DNA of 59,128 nucleotides, filler included. It is 4 parts of 4 records of this genome, joined end to end, with 100 filler letters (N's around TTAATTAATTAA, not from the genome) between each part and the next. Parts side by side here need not be neighbours in the genome. Positions count along the whole stretch, not along the records: positions 26,090 to 49,830 come from SRR22947727_1211; 3 more parts are not named here. The stretch is one strand, 5' to 3'. The notes under the pieces are model-generated. The model saw only the letters and a program-made list of their open reading frames with translations, was not told the DNA's origin and searched no databases. The stretch's first letter is position 1; every line of letters begins with the position of its first letter. The translations under genes were made by a program, and so were the position numbers. Of the stretch, positions 28,889-39,476 are shown one piece after another.

Positions 28889-29932
28889 CTAATTTAATAC
28901 ACCAGTGTTAAGAGCCCTTGTGTTAAGAACAAAACCTCTAACATTTACTATCAACTGTATGTTAATAGACTCCGTTACAGAGGTTTGATCTGTAAGGCTC
29001 TTTGATGATAATAACACCTCTTGGTCTGATAGTGAAGTGGTATCGCTCTTTTCCGTAACAAATGATTTTGCATCAGAATCTAGAAAAAAGAATGAATCTG
29101 TAAAAGTGCTACTAAGTAAATAAGAAAGGGTTTCAGACAAGGCGACGTTATCTGTTTTATTTAAAGCCACCAATAAAGAAGAAGTCTCTGCCATGTTTAG
29201 AGAATCTGTGGCTGACTTGCTAAACAACAACTCTGCGTTTTCTGTAACTGTGTAAGAGTCTGATAAAACCTTTGAAAGAAAGTAAATGTGTTCTTCTGTT
29301 AGGGTTGTAATATTTGTTTTATCAAGACCGACGTCTGTTTGTAAGGGGTCGTCTACACTAGCAAGGTCGTCTAAAGTAAAACTATCACTAAAGGATCTTA
29401 AATAAGAAACAACCCTAGAAAAAGACTCAGACATAGATATTGTATCTGTTTTAACGAGCCCTGGTGTAAGAACAGAAGCTTCTGCAAGGCTTACTGCATC
29501 AGATTTTTCCCCAGCAAAACTTTTTATAAGAGTCTCGCTTACTGCAAAAGAATCTTCTTTGCTCAAACCGGTATTCAAAACAGCAGTATCATCAGACATA
29601 GTTAATGTATCAGACGTCGGTAAACTAACTAGTAAAGCCGCAGCCTCGCTCATAGTCATTGAATCTGTTACCGGCCTACTAAAAGACTGTACCAATTGTT
29701 CAGTAATAGTGAGGGTTTCTTCTTTTGTTGTAGTAAAAGTAACAACCAAAGCTTCAGACAGAGTTATAACTTCTGCATTAGGGTGCCCAGAAAGAAAGTA
29801 AAGGTTTTTACTGTCAGCGTCTAAAAATACATTTACGGCTGATAAATTTACGTACTGTAATGAACTTTGTAAGTTTGTAAATGTAACAGTTGACTTTAAG
29901 TCAACATAACTAACTGTTTTTTTGAACGCCAT
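28889..29932 (-). CDS. Ser/Thr/Asp-rich repeat structural protein
   Basis: About 19-aa repeats of the type (S/T)D(S/T)hxhSE throughout. Confidence 0.65.
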   Translation of the reverse strand: MAFKKTVSYVDLKSTVTFTNLQSSLQYVNLSAVNVFLDADSKNLYFLSGHPNAEVITLSEALVVTFTTTKEETLTITEQLVQSFSRPVTDSMTMSEAAALLVSLPTSDTLTMSDDTAVLNTGLSKEDSFAVSETLIKSFAGEKSDAVSLAEASVLTPGLVKTDTISMSESFSRVVSYLRSFSDSFTLDDLASVDDPLQTDVGLDKTNITTLTEEHIYFLSKVLSDSYTVTENAELLFSKSATDSLNMAETSSLLVALNKTDNVALSETLSYLLSSTFTDSFFFLDSDAKSFVTEKSDTTSLSDQEVLLSSKSLTDQTSVTESINIQLIVNVRGFVLNTRALNTGVLN

Positions 29933-30306
29933 TAATCAAAGTCGTCTCTAACTTTAAACTTAATGAAATCTTGCACTGTTTGAATACCAGACCCGGAAGT
30001 CGTGTGTTCAATCTCGCCTTCAAATGTACCCGCAGTTGTCCAGGTTCCTACAGGGAATGTTAACGAACAAACACCATTAGAGGCGTCTGTTATTGTAGCA
30101 GTAATTGTAGAAAGAACTGTTGTGTTCCCTACTTCACGAATACGTAGTCTTACAGTTGCGCCACTTAAATCAATGGGTGCCCATGTTGTACTATCTTCTT
30201 CATCAAGGGTTTTACCTGCAGCTGCTGTGTTGCTGTCTTTTAAAGTAAAAACCAACTCTGGAAGTGTATCACCTACTACTAATTTAATTGTATCTGAATA
30301 TGCCAT
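29932..30306 (-). CDS. BppU N-terminal-like (Ig-type) structural protein
   Basis: GDTLP.L..TL.D, PIDLSGATV, G.FEGEIE, C-terminal F.VRDDF. Confidence 0.6.
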   Translation of the reverse strand: MAYSDTIKLVVGDTLPELVFTLKDSNTAAAGKTLDEEDSTTWAPIDLSGATVRLRIREVGNTTVLSTITATITDASNGVCSLTFPVGTWTTAGTFEGEIEHTTSGSGIQTVQDFIKFKVRDDFD

Positions 30307-30323
30307 ACTTACCTCATTATATA

Positions 30324-33300
30324 CTAAAACGGATAGATATCTCCAAACCTAAATTCTCCGTCTATTAATAAATCTTCTAACCGTTCTGCTGTTGGACCAA
30401 ATGCTGGTGTCAGCCATGCATCTCCATATTTTGCATTATCACCCATAGAAAAAGCTATTGTAGCTGGTCCAAAGATACCTGCTCTATCTAAAATTTCTAA
30501 AATGTATTCATTCCATGGCATACCATCAGTTCTAAAAGCAGTTGAGTAACTAAATGTATCTTGTACTTGAACCCCACGTAATGGTTCTTCTATAAACCCA
30601 GGAGTAACTCCTCGACCTAAATACTTTATAAACTCACGTAATTCTAAACCTATTATGGAAAGTGGCAACAATGTACTTGCCGCTAATACTAATGGTACAG
30701 CAGCTCCTGGTATACCTTTTTCATTGTAAGCGTTTTTACCTTCCCTAAACAGTCCTCCCATGATATTAACACCAAATGCATAGAAAAATGATTTAAGTTG
30801 GAAAATTAACGCTGTATATGGGTTAGATGCCCAACTTGGTCTTTCTGCTGCATTTGGTCTAAGAATAGACTCATCAACAAAAGTACCAAGAGCATCTCTA
30901 ATCTCGGGGCTACTTGTATCTAAAGTACCAGAGTTTTTATCATACGCTTTTATTATTTGTTGGCGTGTAAGACCCAGCTCTTTTAAATCTGAGTTACTTT
31001 TTTCTGTATTATCTTGTGCAAGTTTTATTAAAAATCTTTGCCCCATACCCGCAGCAAAAGTTCTAGAGAATTTTGTATACCAATCTAATCCAATTCCCTT
31101 AAAGAATCCATCACCAATTTTTTTTGCCGTATCTGTCATAAAACCAAGTTCATAAGCATTTACATACATAGTATGAATAGAATCATGAGTTACTAAACCT
31201 AAGTCTCTTGCAAAAGCTTCTGCTTCTTTTCGGTTTTTAAGTGCATATTTAAATTCATTAAAATATTCTTTAAAACTAATCATCCCTTTTGAGCGCAACA
31301 TAGGGCCAGCTAAATCGGGTAATGAAGCAATCGTAGCAAAAGGTAAAAGTGTAACCATGTTAACCAAGAGTCCATAGCTATTTAACTTACGCATAAGTGG
31401 ACTCATATCGTGTCCAGACTTGCCTAACATATTACGTAAAGTGTGTCGGGCCCCTTGTCTGTCAAGTGCATCCGGTATTCTACCCAACATAATTTCTGCT
31501 GCTACATCTGCGTTTGCAACTTCCCCAACTCTAATGCCTTTAAGAGCTACTTGGTTCATTCTGTTTTCATATGCAGCTTTAGACTCACCTGGTTCTTGTG
31601 GGAACTTAGCGTGCGCGGATTCGTGTCCAATAACAAACCTACGCCATTGGTCTAAAGTACTAAATCTATCATCAGGTAGAGGATTAACGCCTTCTACTTT
31701 TGGCTTAGACCAAGCTTTTTCATCAAAGGTACGTTTTAATTCTGACTCATCTAAATAAATAACATTTTCTTCTCTGTTAAAAGCAGCCCAGCCACCTTTA
31801 GTTTTATCTCCTTTGTTTTTAGAGTCTCTAGGTACTATTGGAATATTAGGGAGAATAATTGTGCCTTGTATGTTTTCATTATTTAAATCTGCTTCTGTTA
31901 CTGTTGTTTTTACCCTTTTGTGATATTCAACACGTCTCACAGCGTTGTTTATATAAGCACGGAAAGCGGCCGCTGGTTCAATTAACAGACCAGCATTTCG
32001 TAATTCTTTGTTAGTAATATTTATAAAAAATTCTGCCCTATCAAAATCAACCCCAACTGATACATCAGAAGTAACGCTTGCATCATCTGACATAACCCAC
32101 CTATCAACAAATTTTGCAAAATCAACAGGTTCGCCATTTAATTTCGCATCTGGATTTTTTTGTTGTAATAATTCAACTAAGCGAGCTCGCGCTTCAGCAC
32201 TCTCTTGAATAAGAGGTTTATTTAATTGTCTCTCTGAGAAGTTTTGACGTTTATTAATATCTATACCAGAGGGTTCAATATAGGTTGCAAAGAAGTCTTC
32301 CTTAAACTGTCTAATTGCTTTTGCAGCTGGATCAGTTAATTGTTCTAAGGAGATAGTGTCATCTTCTTGTGCAATATGTGCAGCATTAAACTTATCAAAA
32401 TCTATGTCGCCGCTAGCGTCTTTAAAGAAAGGTGTGCCTGATGCATCTGTTAAATCAAAGCCTCTGTTTAAATATTTTTGAAACTCTCGTACTCTTATGT
32501 TCAAGTAACCCGGGTCGTTTTTGGTAACTGACCTTTTATACAATGCTGCCCCAAGTTCTTCACTTTTTGACCTCATATACCCATCGGCAGTTCTAAGTAT
32601 GTACGCAACACTAAAATGTTTTTTATCTTCTGGTAAAAATGTAAACTCTTGGTTGATACCTGACTTCAACATTTGAATGGCTTTGTTTTTAAAATAGTTT
32701 AAAATTTTTATATCAACACCAAACTTCTCTGCTTGTTTTGCAGTGTCTTCTACGGCTTGGGCGGCTTCAAATTTTTCTGCCGTAGTTAAAGCATCAAAGG
32801 TTTTCCCTTCCTCAACGCTTCTTCCAACGTCTGCCATAAATTCTTCAAATGTTTGGCTTAATTGATTTTGTGAGAATCGAGAGTTATAAACTAATCCACT
32901 TACAAGCTCATAGAACTTTTTCAAGTTGTTTGTTAAAGTCCTAAAATAAGAATCAACTCTATTTTTTGCTCCCTCTCCTTGTGCTGTTTTTTGAGTCCAA
33001 ATAGTAAACTGATCTGCAAACCACTCATCAAATCCAGTTTTAGGGTTGCTATATTTACTTGAACCTTGTTCTTCTAAACGTTTTTTAGCTTTGTCAAAAT
33101 CTTTTAGTAAAAGCTTTCCAAGTGGAGTGCCAATAATTGCATCTTTGTAAGAATAGAAAAAAGCATGCCCAACTTCATGGGACATATCAATAAGTTGTTT
33201 AGCTTGTTTACTTAAAGCACTACCTAACTTTCCGGCATCTTTATTTGGATCAATTAAAACAATGTTTTGATTACCAAACCTTAAAAAACGTGCGCTCGCT

Positions 33301-36300
33301 GGTGAGTTTCTTAAACTTTCTTTTTGTGTTTCAAATAAATCATTTGCATTAATAAATCCGATGGTTCCATCTTCTTTTTCGATAGCATATTCTTTTTGTA
33401 GATCTAAACCCTGTGCAACAGGGGTAAGTTTGCCTTCCTCTACAATTGTTTTATCTTCTGAGAATAAAACATCATCAACAGTCATAAACCTAAGGTTTTC
33501 TTTCATGCCTAGTTTAGTCAATATATTTTTATACGAATTAAATAAACTTACACCAAGTGTCTGTTGTACAGAATCACTAGCACTAAACTGATCTACTTTT
33601 TTTCTTTCGCCTCTAGGTGCAACTTTCTTTGCTTCTGCTTTTTTCTGTGATAAATAAGTTCTAGGCGCTTCGCCCTCTTCCATATTTAATCTAGAAAGAG
33701 GAAAACCAGAGGCTTGTGCTTTAGATTCTCTATATCTTTCTTCTTCAAATACTCCTATCTCACTTACAACTTCCGGATCAAAAGATTCGGGGTTTATATC
33801 AATTCCAGTAGCTTGTCCTACTTCTACATCATTATCTGCTGCAACTTGTACAAGACGGTCGATGTATGCTCGTTCTTCTGCAATTAAACTAGCATCAGCA
33901 GTTTGTTGTAATTCCGCAGGGCCCGCTGTAGTTTGTCTAGTTAACAACGCTCGTTGAATAGGTCCAACGGTTCGCTCTGGGATATCTTCAACACCGTTTC
34001 TTTCTAAAAGGTCAATAATTCTATCTGAGGTTCTTTGTAAGTCTTGAAGGTTTGTTGGTGAGAACTCTCCTGCTCTAGGGTTAAGCCTTTGGTTACGTAC
34101 AGCTTGTCCCTCTTCAAAAGTAGGTACCTGTATTGAACCTAACATTTCTTCAGTAAAACCTAAAACTCTTTCCCCTTTGTATAATATTTCTTTGTCTGCG
34201 AGTGCAAGTTGCCCCACTAGTACCTCAAACTGTCGTCTTAATCTTTGTTGTCCTGTTAAGAAAGACCCGCCACTACCAGTTAATTCTGAATCGGGTATTA
34301 ATTCTTTATTCTCTAATAGACTTTGAATTAATACGGGCGTTAAGTCAGTATCCCCTTCAATATCAGTAACAGTAAAATCTCTTCGTTGTGGGGCATTCTT
34401 GCCAAACTGTTGTCCCAAAGCTTTTCTTGCTTCTTTAATTGCTTCTTCAACTACGACTTTTATGTCGGGGTCTAATGGCCCTTCTACTCTTATTTTAAAT
34501 CCTTCTATTGTAGTACCTGGATTTCTAGTAGATTCTTCTGTAGTTCTTTCTAGAACAAAATTTGTTGTAGGATATTTAGCTCGTAAGTTATTTATTTGAG
34601 TAACTGCAGCTTTTGGTATTTCATTTAACCTAATGTTTCCTGAGAGATCTAAGTCTTCTAGATCAGAGGCTTTAACTTTTGCCGAACGTTCTGTTCTTGT
34701 AGGAAAAAATATTTCTTCTGTACGATTAGTTTTAGCGACAGGTTTTTGTAAATATCCTTCTTCAGATGCAGCAAAAGGAACTCTATCACTAATAGCTTCA
34801 CCTTCAATATTTGCTTCACCTTCAACAGTGCCTGTTGTTGGATCAACGCCGCCTGTTTCCGATAGAGATTGTTGAGTTTCAAAATCATTTTCATCTTCTA
34901 CTTGTCTAACCACTGCCATTGATTCTTTAATAGCATCTTCTTTGGTTTGTACATCAACAGTGGCCCCTGGATTACGTCGACGTGCATTTGCTTTTGCTTC
35001 TTCAACAGCGTTTTTTGTATTACTAACTGTTTGTCTAAAAACAATATCGCCATCAGCATCTCTAGCAAAAACAACTAACTCATGGGTTGGGTCTTGTACT
35101 TCAGTAAAGCCTAAAACATCTCTTAGGGTTTCTTCACTATCAAAACCTTCTTTCTGAAGTCTTTCTGCATCTGCTTGGCTTAAAGGGTTTGTTTTATCAT
35201 AAATAACTGTGCCCCCCTCTGTTGAAAATCCACCAACTTTATCTCTATCTGCGTCATCAATTATGTCATTTAAAATAGAAGCAGTGTCTTGAGACTCAGG
35301 AATAAATACAACGGTTCTTGGGTTGTTTGGGTTAAACACAGCTTTGACTTGTTTAGCTAAAGCTTGTGGTGTTTCTGGTACAGGACCATCAACGACATTG
35401 CCGTCAGGGTCTTGTAGCATTTGAATTTGTTGTTTAATGTCCTCAGAAACTTCTTGTCCGGTTCCTAATAAGTTAGCAGCTTTAGCAATAACATTTGTGG
35501 GTGCGGTTCTACCGGCACCAGCAAAGAAGCCAAGAAATGCGGCTTCTGCTCTTCGTAAGTTAGCTTGTTGGTCGCTGTACTCAGGATCAATTGCTTGTCG
35601 TTGTGAAATAAGAATTTGTTCCTGACCAAGTTCAACTAGCCCTTCTTGTGTACCACCGAGTAAGAATCCACTTGCTGCGGCTTTACCTAAATCTTTTAAA
35701 AAAACACCTGCAGGAACATTTCCAACGGCTTTTTGTAAGAGCTGTTGATCAGCTTTAGAAAGTGTTCCACCTGCTGCTTGCTTTTTTAAAATATTTTTGA
35801 CAACGGGTTCCGATACAAGGTCCCCGGTTAGTTTTTTTGTAAGTGCTCCAAAGAAAACTCTTTCGCCTAAAGTATCAAGAGCTGCTTGAGGTATACCTAA
35901 AAGAAGCGCCATCTGTGCTTCATCTTTACTTAATTCATAGCCTGCATCTTCATATTCTTGGAATGATTGTGATGCGCCAACTATTTCACCTTGTGCAAAA
36001 GCACCAGACCAAAAACCAAGTTTTGCAAAAGGAATATTTGAAGCTCTAGATGCTTGTAGGGCTGTGGCTGCTTCTGCTTGACCGGCGGCAGTATATTTTG
36101 CAGCGCGTAAACCCTGATACACACTTTCTAATATTTCATCTTCTTCGGGTGTTAATGCAGGGCCAATACCTTTTTTACTATTTAATTTCTTTTTTTGTAG
36201 ATCAGTAAGAAGTTTTTTTGCTGCAGATTTACTCCCAACACTTACTGCAGCTTTACCAAGTAAACCAGCTAATAAACCTGTACCCGCACTCGCCAAAGAA

Positions 36301-36695
36301 AAAGCTGCTTGGGGTACAACAAGTCCTACTTTAGATACTTCATCAACAAACCCATCAAAGGTTGGTTGCTCTAAAAACTCTTCAAAGTTACCAATAGGCT
36401 CAATAATTGAGCTATAGCTTTCTTGCAAACGATTAGAATAATTAAGTCTTTTTTGTGCTTCATCCTCATTACCAGCTATAAAACTAGCAATAGCACCAAA
36501 ACCAGCGACATCGGATTTTACCTGTTGGGCCCCCGCTCTTACAGATTCGGAAAATTGTTCGCCAAAAGTATCGGGTCTTCTAAGATCCGTTCTTGCAGCA
36601 ACTTCTTCTTTTTGTTGTTCGCCTTGAGCAAGACCAGCTAAAGTGCTTGCTTGTTGTGCAAAGTAGTTAGCAATGGCATTTTTATTTTCTGCCAC
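30324..36695 (-). CDS. Large internal virion / DNA-ejection protein with two HExxH motifs
   Basis: 2123 aa; Gly/Ala-rich N-terminus, HEVGH and HESAH motifs, C-terminal FQLKSF; last of four ejection-type genes. Confidence 0.7.
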   Translation of the reverse strand: MAENKNAIANYFAQQASTLAGLAQGEQQKEEVAARTDLRRPDTFGEQFSESVRAGAQQVKSDVAGFGAIASFIAGNEDEAQKRLNYSNRLQESYSSIIEPIGNFEEFLEQPTFDGFVDEVSKVGLVVPQAAFSLASAGTGLLAGLLGKAAVSVGSKSAAKKLLTDLQKKKLNSKKGIGPALTPEEDEILESVYQGLRAAKYTAAGQAEAATALQASRASNIPFAKLGFWSGAFAQGEIVGASQSFQEYEDAGYELSKDEAQMALLLGIPQAALDTLGERVFFGALTKKLTGDLVSEPVVKNILKKQAAGGTLSKADQQLLQKAVGNVPAGVFLKDLGKAAASGFLLGGTQEGLVELGQEQILISQRQAIDPEYSDQQANLRRAEAAFLGFFAGAGRTAPTNVIAKAANLLGTGQEVSEDIKQQIQMLQDPDGNVVDGPVPETPQALAKQVKAVFNPNNPRTVVFIPESQDTASILNDIIDDADRDKVGGFSTEGGTVIYDKTNPLSQADAERLQKEGFDSEETLRDVLGFTEVQDPTHELVVFARDADGDIVFRQTVSNTKNAVEEAKANARRRNPGATVDVQTKEDAIKESMAVVRQVEDENDFETQQSLSETGGVDPTTGTVEGEANIEGEAISDRVPFAASEEGYLQKPVAKTNRTEEIFFPTRTERSAKVKASDLEDLDLSGNIRLNEIPKAAVTQINNLRAKYPTTNFVLERTTEESTRNPGTTIEGFKIRVEGPLDPDIKVVVEEAIKEARKALGQQFGKNAPQRRDFTVTDIEGDTDLTPVLIQSLLENKELIPDSELTGSGGSFLTGQQRLRRQFEVLVGQLALADKEILYKGERVLGFTEEMLGSIQVPTFEEGQAVRNQRLNPRAGEFSPTNLQDLQRTSDRIIDLLERNGVEDIPERTVGPIQRALLTRQTTAGPAELQQTADASLIAEERAYIDRLVQVAADNDVEVGQATGIDINPESFDPEVVSEIGVFEEERYRESKAQASGFPLSRLNMEEGEAPRTYLSQKKAEAKKVAPRGERKKVDQFSASDSVQQTLGVSLFNSYKNILTKLGMKENLRFMTVDDVLFSEDKTIVEEGKLTPVAQGLDLQKEYAIEKEDGTIGFINANDLFETQKESLRNSPASARFLRFGNQNIVLIDPNKDAGKLGSALSKQAKQLIDMSHEVGHAFFYSYKDAIIGTPLGKLLLKDFDKAKKRLEEQGSSKYSNPKTGFDEWFADQFTIWTQKTAQGEGAKNRVDSYFRTLTNNLKKFYELVSGLVYNSRFSQNQLSQTFEEFMADVGRSVEEGKTFDALTTAEKFEAAQAVEDTAKQAEKFGVDIKILNYFKNKAIQMLKSGINQEFTFLPEDKKHFSVAYILRTADGYMRSKSEELGAALYKRSVTKNDPGYLNIRVREFQKYLNRGFDLTDASGTPFFKDASGDIDFDKFNAAHIAQEDDTISLEQLTDPAAKAIRQFKEDFFATYIEPSGIDINKRQNFSERQLNKPLIQESAEARARLVELLQQKNPDAKLNGEPVDFAKFVDRWVMSDDASVTSDVSVGVDFDRAEFFINITNKELRNAGLLIEPAAAFRAYINNAVRRVEYHKRVKTTVTEADLNNENIQGTIILPNIPIVPRDSKNKGDKTKGGWAAFNREENVIYLDESELKRTFDEKAWSKPKVEGVNPLPDDRFSTLDQWRRFVIGHESAHAKFPQEPGESKAAYENRMNQVALKGIRVGEVANADVAAEIMLGRIPDALDRQGARHTLRNMLGKSGHDMSPLMRKLNSYGLLVNMVTLLPFATIASLPDLAGPMLRSKGMISFKEYFNEFKYALKNRKEAEAFARDLGLVTHDSIHTMYVNAYELGFMTDTAKKIGDGFFKGIGLDWYTKFSRTFAAGMGQRFLIKLAQDNTEKSNSDLKELGLTRQQIIKAYDKNSGTLDTSSPEIRDALGTFVDESILRPNAAERPSWASNPYTALIFQLKSFFYAFGVNIMGGLFREGKNAYNEKGIPGAAVPLVLAASTLLPLSIIGLELREFIKYLGRGVTPGFIEEPLRGVQVQDTFSYSTAFRTDGMPWNEYILEILDRAGIFGPATIAFSMGDNAKYGDAWLTPAFGPTAERLEDLLIDGEFRFGDIYPF

Positions 36696-36698
36696 ACT

Positions 36699-38933
36699 TT
36701 ACCCCCCGCCTCTTAGGTTCGGGTTCCTATTAGCATTTTGAGCACTAACGCCCATAAGTAAAGAAACTCCTTCAGGTCCAAGCACTTCTAATAATTCATT
36801 TTTTGATATTTCAGCCCCTCTTTCATCCCGGCCGCCGGGGCTTATAATTACAAAACTACTTGCAGCACTAACATCATCTGTATAGTTGTTTTGTGCATCT
36901 ACAGCAATAACATTTGGTCCTAAAGTAAAGCCAGAAGCAGCTGGTCCTCTTGCTTGCCCAAAAGCAAGAAACCGATCTAAAAGGCCCGGTTGTCCTTTTT
37001 CTTCAATAGCGCGTTTTAAGAAAATACCGGCTGTACTAAGAAAAGCTTGATAGTCTCTTTGTCCTACTAATTGCTGACCCCTAGATGCAATTTTTTCAGC
37101 GTCTGCAGCATTAAATTCATAATCAGCAGCGGAAAAATCATCTCCAAACCCTAATAAATCTGACCCTATTTGGCTTAGTTTATCTTCGTCTGGTTGGTTA
37201 TCTGCAATATCTTTTTGTATTTTCCTTTGTTGCTCAACACCTTCAAAAGTTAGGTATCCAGTTTCAGCAAATCGCATTAACGCTCCACCATAACTTGCTC
37301 TTTGTTCTACAGACATAGATGCCCACATATCTAAAACAATGTTCTGTGCGGCTCTAGACTGGCTATCATTTTTTACACGAATAAAATTGTTAGCTTGTCC
37401 TAAGAAGTCAACAACTTTTTGTTGTTGTGCATCTGGAATGTCTGTATCCCCAGCAATTCTATTTAATATTTCAGTATAAGCAGTAAGATTGTTATTTTTC
37501 CTAGCTTCTTGTAAAGCACTAAGATCTTCTTTGCTTATTTTAAAGGGACTGTCTTTACTTACTTCTGCAGTTTCTTTTGTTGTAACTGGTTTACCAGATA
37601 ATAAATTTAAGTTGTTTTTGTATTTATCAGCAAAAGCAATGGGGTCTGCTTGAAATTCGGATAATAAGTTTGGGTTTATCCTAAATGCATCGTTTAAAAC
37701 TCTGCTTGGGCTTAACACACCCTTATTACCATAGACAGTTTCAAGTTCTTTCTGTTTATTTTGATCAGCAACAGACATTTTTTCGCCGCTTGGAAGCCCT
37801 ACTGCTTCTCGAATTGTTTTTCCCATTGGTTTCTCAAAAACTTCTAAAGGAATTAAAGCTTCTCTAATAGCCCTGCTTATATTCTGGTTGGTTTTTAAGT
37901 TTGCTGCTTGAGTTAAATTACGCCTTTCTCGTTCACTATACTTGTCTGAATTAAATTCTTCGGGGGGTATATTAAAAGGAGTGGTACCTGGGATTAAAAT
38001 ATATGAGCCTAATGCTTTTTGTTTATCTTCAGATAATTTAAATCCATCTCTATTCTTAATTAAAATTTGATAATCTTCGTCAGTTAGCCCCAACTCTAAA
38101 TTTGGTTGATAAGTAACTGGCTCTAATGATTCTGTTGTTGCTTGAGATCCTTCTGTTGGTTCAGTATCTGAACCTGCTAAAGAACTCTCTAATCCACCAG
38201 CTAAATTAAATAAATAGTCTTCTCTTTGACCCCTAGCTCCTGCACTTGTATCAAAAAAAGTTAAGTCTCGTGCTTCTGTATATGAAGGGCGTTGTAGTCT
38301 TTCAATACCTGGGTCTTTTGACAATATACCTATTTTTTCTTTATACCCATCATACATATCATCAAGAGTCTGCAAAGGTAATGTTTTTATTGTATTTTCT
38401 TCAACACCTTTTTCACCTTCTTTAGCAAAAAGCTCTTTTACTTTTCTTCCAAAAAAAGTAAACGGAGCAGTAAAACTTCGGTTGTTCTTTTTATCAGCAA
38501 CACGAATCTGCATATCTATGCCCCCAACACCATCAAGAGCGTCTGGGTTATATTTTGCTGTACCGACATCTAGTTCTCTTACCTCATCTACATCGCTACC
38601 AAGCCAAGCAGGGGCAATGTTTGTAAAGTTTAAGGCAGAATCAATTCCTTTCTGTTGACCATATACTGAAATATAATCTGATGCTTTTGGCGTTCTGTCA
38701 TCATAAATAGCTTTAAATTGATTGTATGCATTTTCATCCTGTAATAAAGAATTTGGATTATCTTGTATAAACCTATCAAAAGGCTTTCTAACTTCATCAT
38801 TTAGTTTTGATTCTTGTCGAGATATTGCGGTTTTGCTAATAGCTACTTGCTCATCTCTATATGCAGTGCCTGCAGCTAAGGCTTGAACGGGGTTTCTACT
38901 TCTTAAATCAAATAAACGTTGCTCTGTTGCCAT
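36699..38933 (-). CDS. Probable internal virion (ejection) protein
   Basis: 744 aa, position in the module; no recognisable motif. Confidence 0.55.
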   Translation of the reverse strand: MATEQRLFDLRSRNPVQALAAGTAYRDEQVAISKTAISRQESKLNDEVRKPFDRFIQDNPNSLLQDENAYNQFKAIYDDRTPKASDYISVYGQQKGIDSALNFTNIAPAWLGSDVDEVRELDVGTAKYNPDALDGVGGIDMQIRVADKKNNRSFTAPFTFFGRKVKELFAKEGEKGVEENTIKTLPLQTLDDMYDGYKEKIGILSKDPGIERLQRPSYTEARDLTFFDTSAGARGQREDYLFNLAGGLESSLAGSDTEPTEGSQATTESLEPVTYQPNLELGLTDEDYQILIKNRDGFKLSEDKQKALGSYILIPGTTPFNIPPEEFNSDKYSERERRNLTQAANLKTNQNISRAIREALIPLEVFEKPMGKTIREAVGLPSGEKMSVADQNKQKELETVYGNKGVLSPSRVLNDAFRINPNLLSEFQADPIAFADKYKNNLNLLSGKPVTTKETAEVSKDSPFKISKEDLSALQEARKNNNLTAYTEILNRIAGDTDIPDAQQQKVVDFLGQANNFIRVKNDSQSRAAQNIVLDMWASMSVEQRASYGGALMRFAETGYLTFEGVEQQRKIQKDIADNQPDEDKLSQIGSDLLGFGDDFSAADYEFNAADAEKIASRGQQLVGQRDYQAFLSTAGIFLKRAIEEKGQPGLLDRFLAFGQARGPAASGFTLGPNVIAVDAQNNYTDDVSAASSFVIISPGGRDERGAEISKNELLEVLGPEGVSLLMGVSAQNANRNPNLRGGG

Positions 38934-39475
38934 TATATTTTTCCTCCAAAGAAACTACCTAAAGCGCTTCCAACACTACCAAGGAACGAATAATGTTGGG
39001 ATCTAGAAGCTGCTTTTGCGTTTGCATAAGCATTTTTTCTATTTACATTTATATCACCTAATCCAAGTAAGTTAGATAGAGCACTTTGAAAATTTTGACT
39101 CAGTAACCCTATGTTTTCTCTATTAATTTGTTGATTAATCATTTCATCACTTCGTATAGCTTGGGTTTTTGCACCTGCAATGTTTGCTTGGCCCTGCATT
39201 TGCCCTAACTTACTTGATTCTTGTGCCTCGACTGCTGTTTGTTGTACACCATATCGACTACGTTCTCTTGCTGCTCTTTGTTGTGCTCTTTCGTTTGCGG
39301 CGCGTGCATCGGCTTCTGTTTCAGCAACTGTATTAACTTCTTCTGGAAGCAGATCAATTGTTTGACTTACAGGTGGAGTATACTCAGTTACATTTGTTTC
39401 ATAGGGGTTTGTTTGAGTAACACTAGGCTCTACTTGAGTAGTTAAGTTCGCTAATTTAGATAGAAATAATTCCAT
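38933..39475 (-). CDS. Probable small ejection protein
   Basis: Q/A-rich coiled coil with a Gly-rich hydrophobic tail (FLGSVGSALGSFFGG); ATG at 39475 follows the upstream stop. Confidence 0.55.
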   Translation of the reverse strand: MELFLSKLANLTTQVEPSVTQTNPYETNVTEYTPPVSQTIDLLPEEVNTVAETEADARAANERAQQRAARERSRYGVQQTAVEAQESSKLGQMQGQANIAGAKTQAIRSDEMINQQINRENIGLLSQNFQSALSNLLGLGDINVNRKNAYANAKAASRSQHYSFLGSVGSALGSFFGGKI

Positions 39476-39476
39476 G

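Noticed and set aside
30316..30321. TATAAT promoter before the BppU-like gene
   Set aside because: It abuts the SD only 9 nt from the ATG, has no properly spaced -35, and is likely chance in AT-rich DNA
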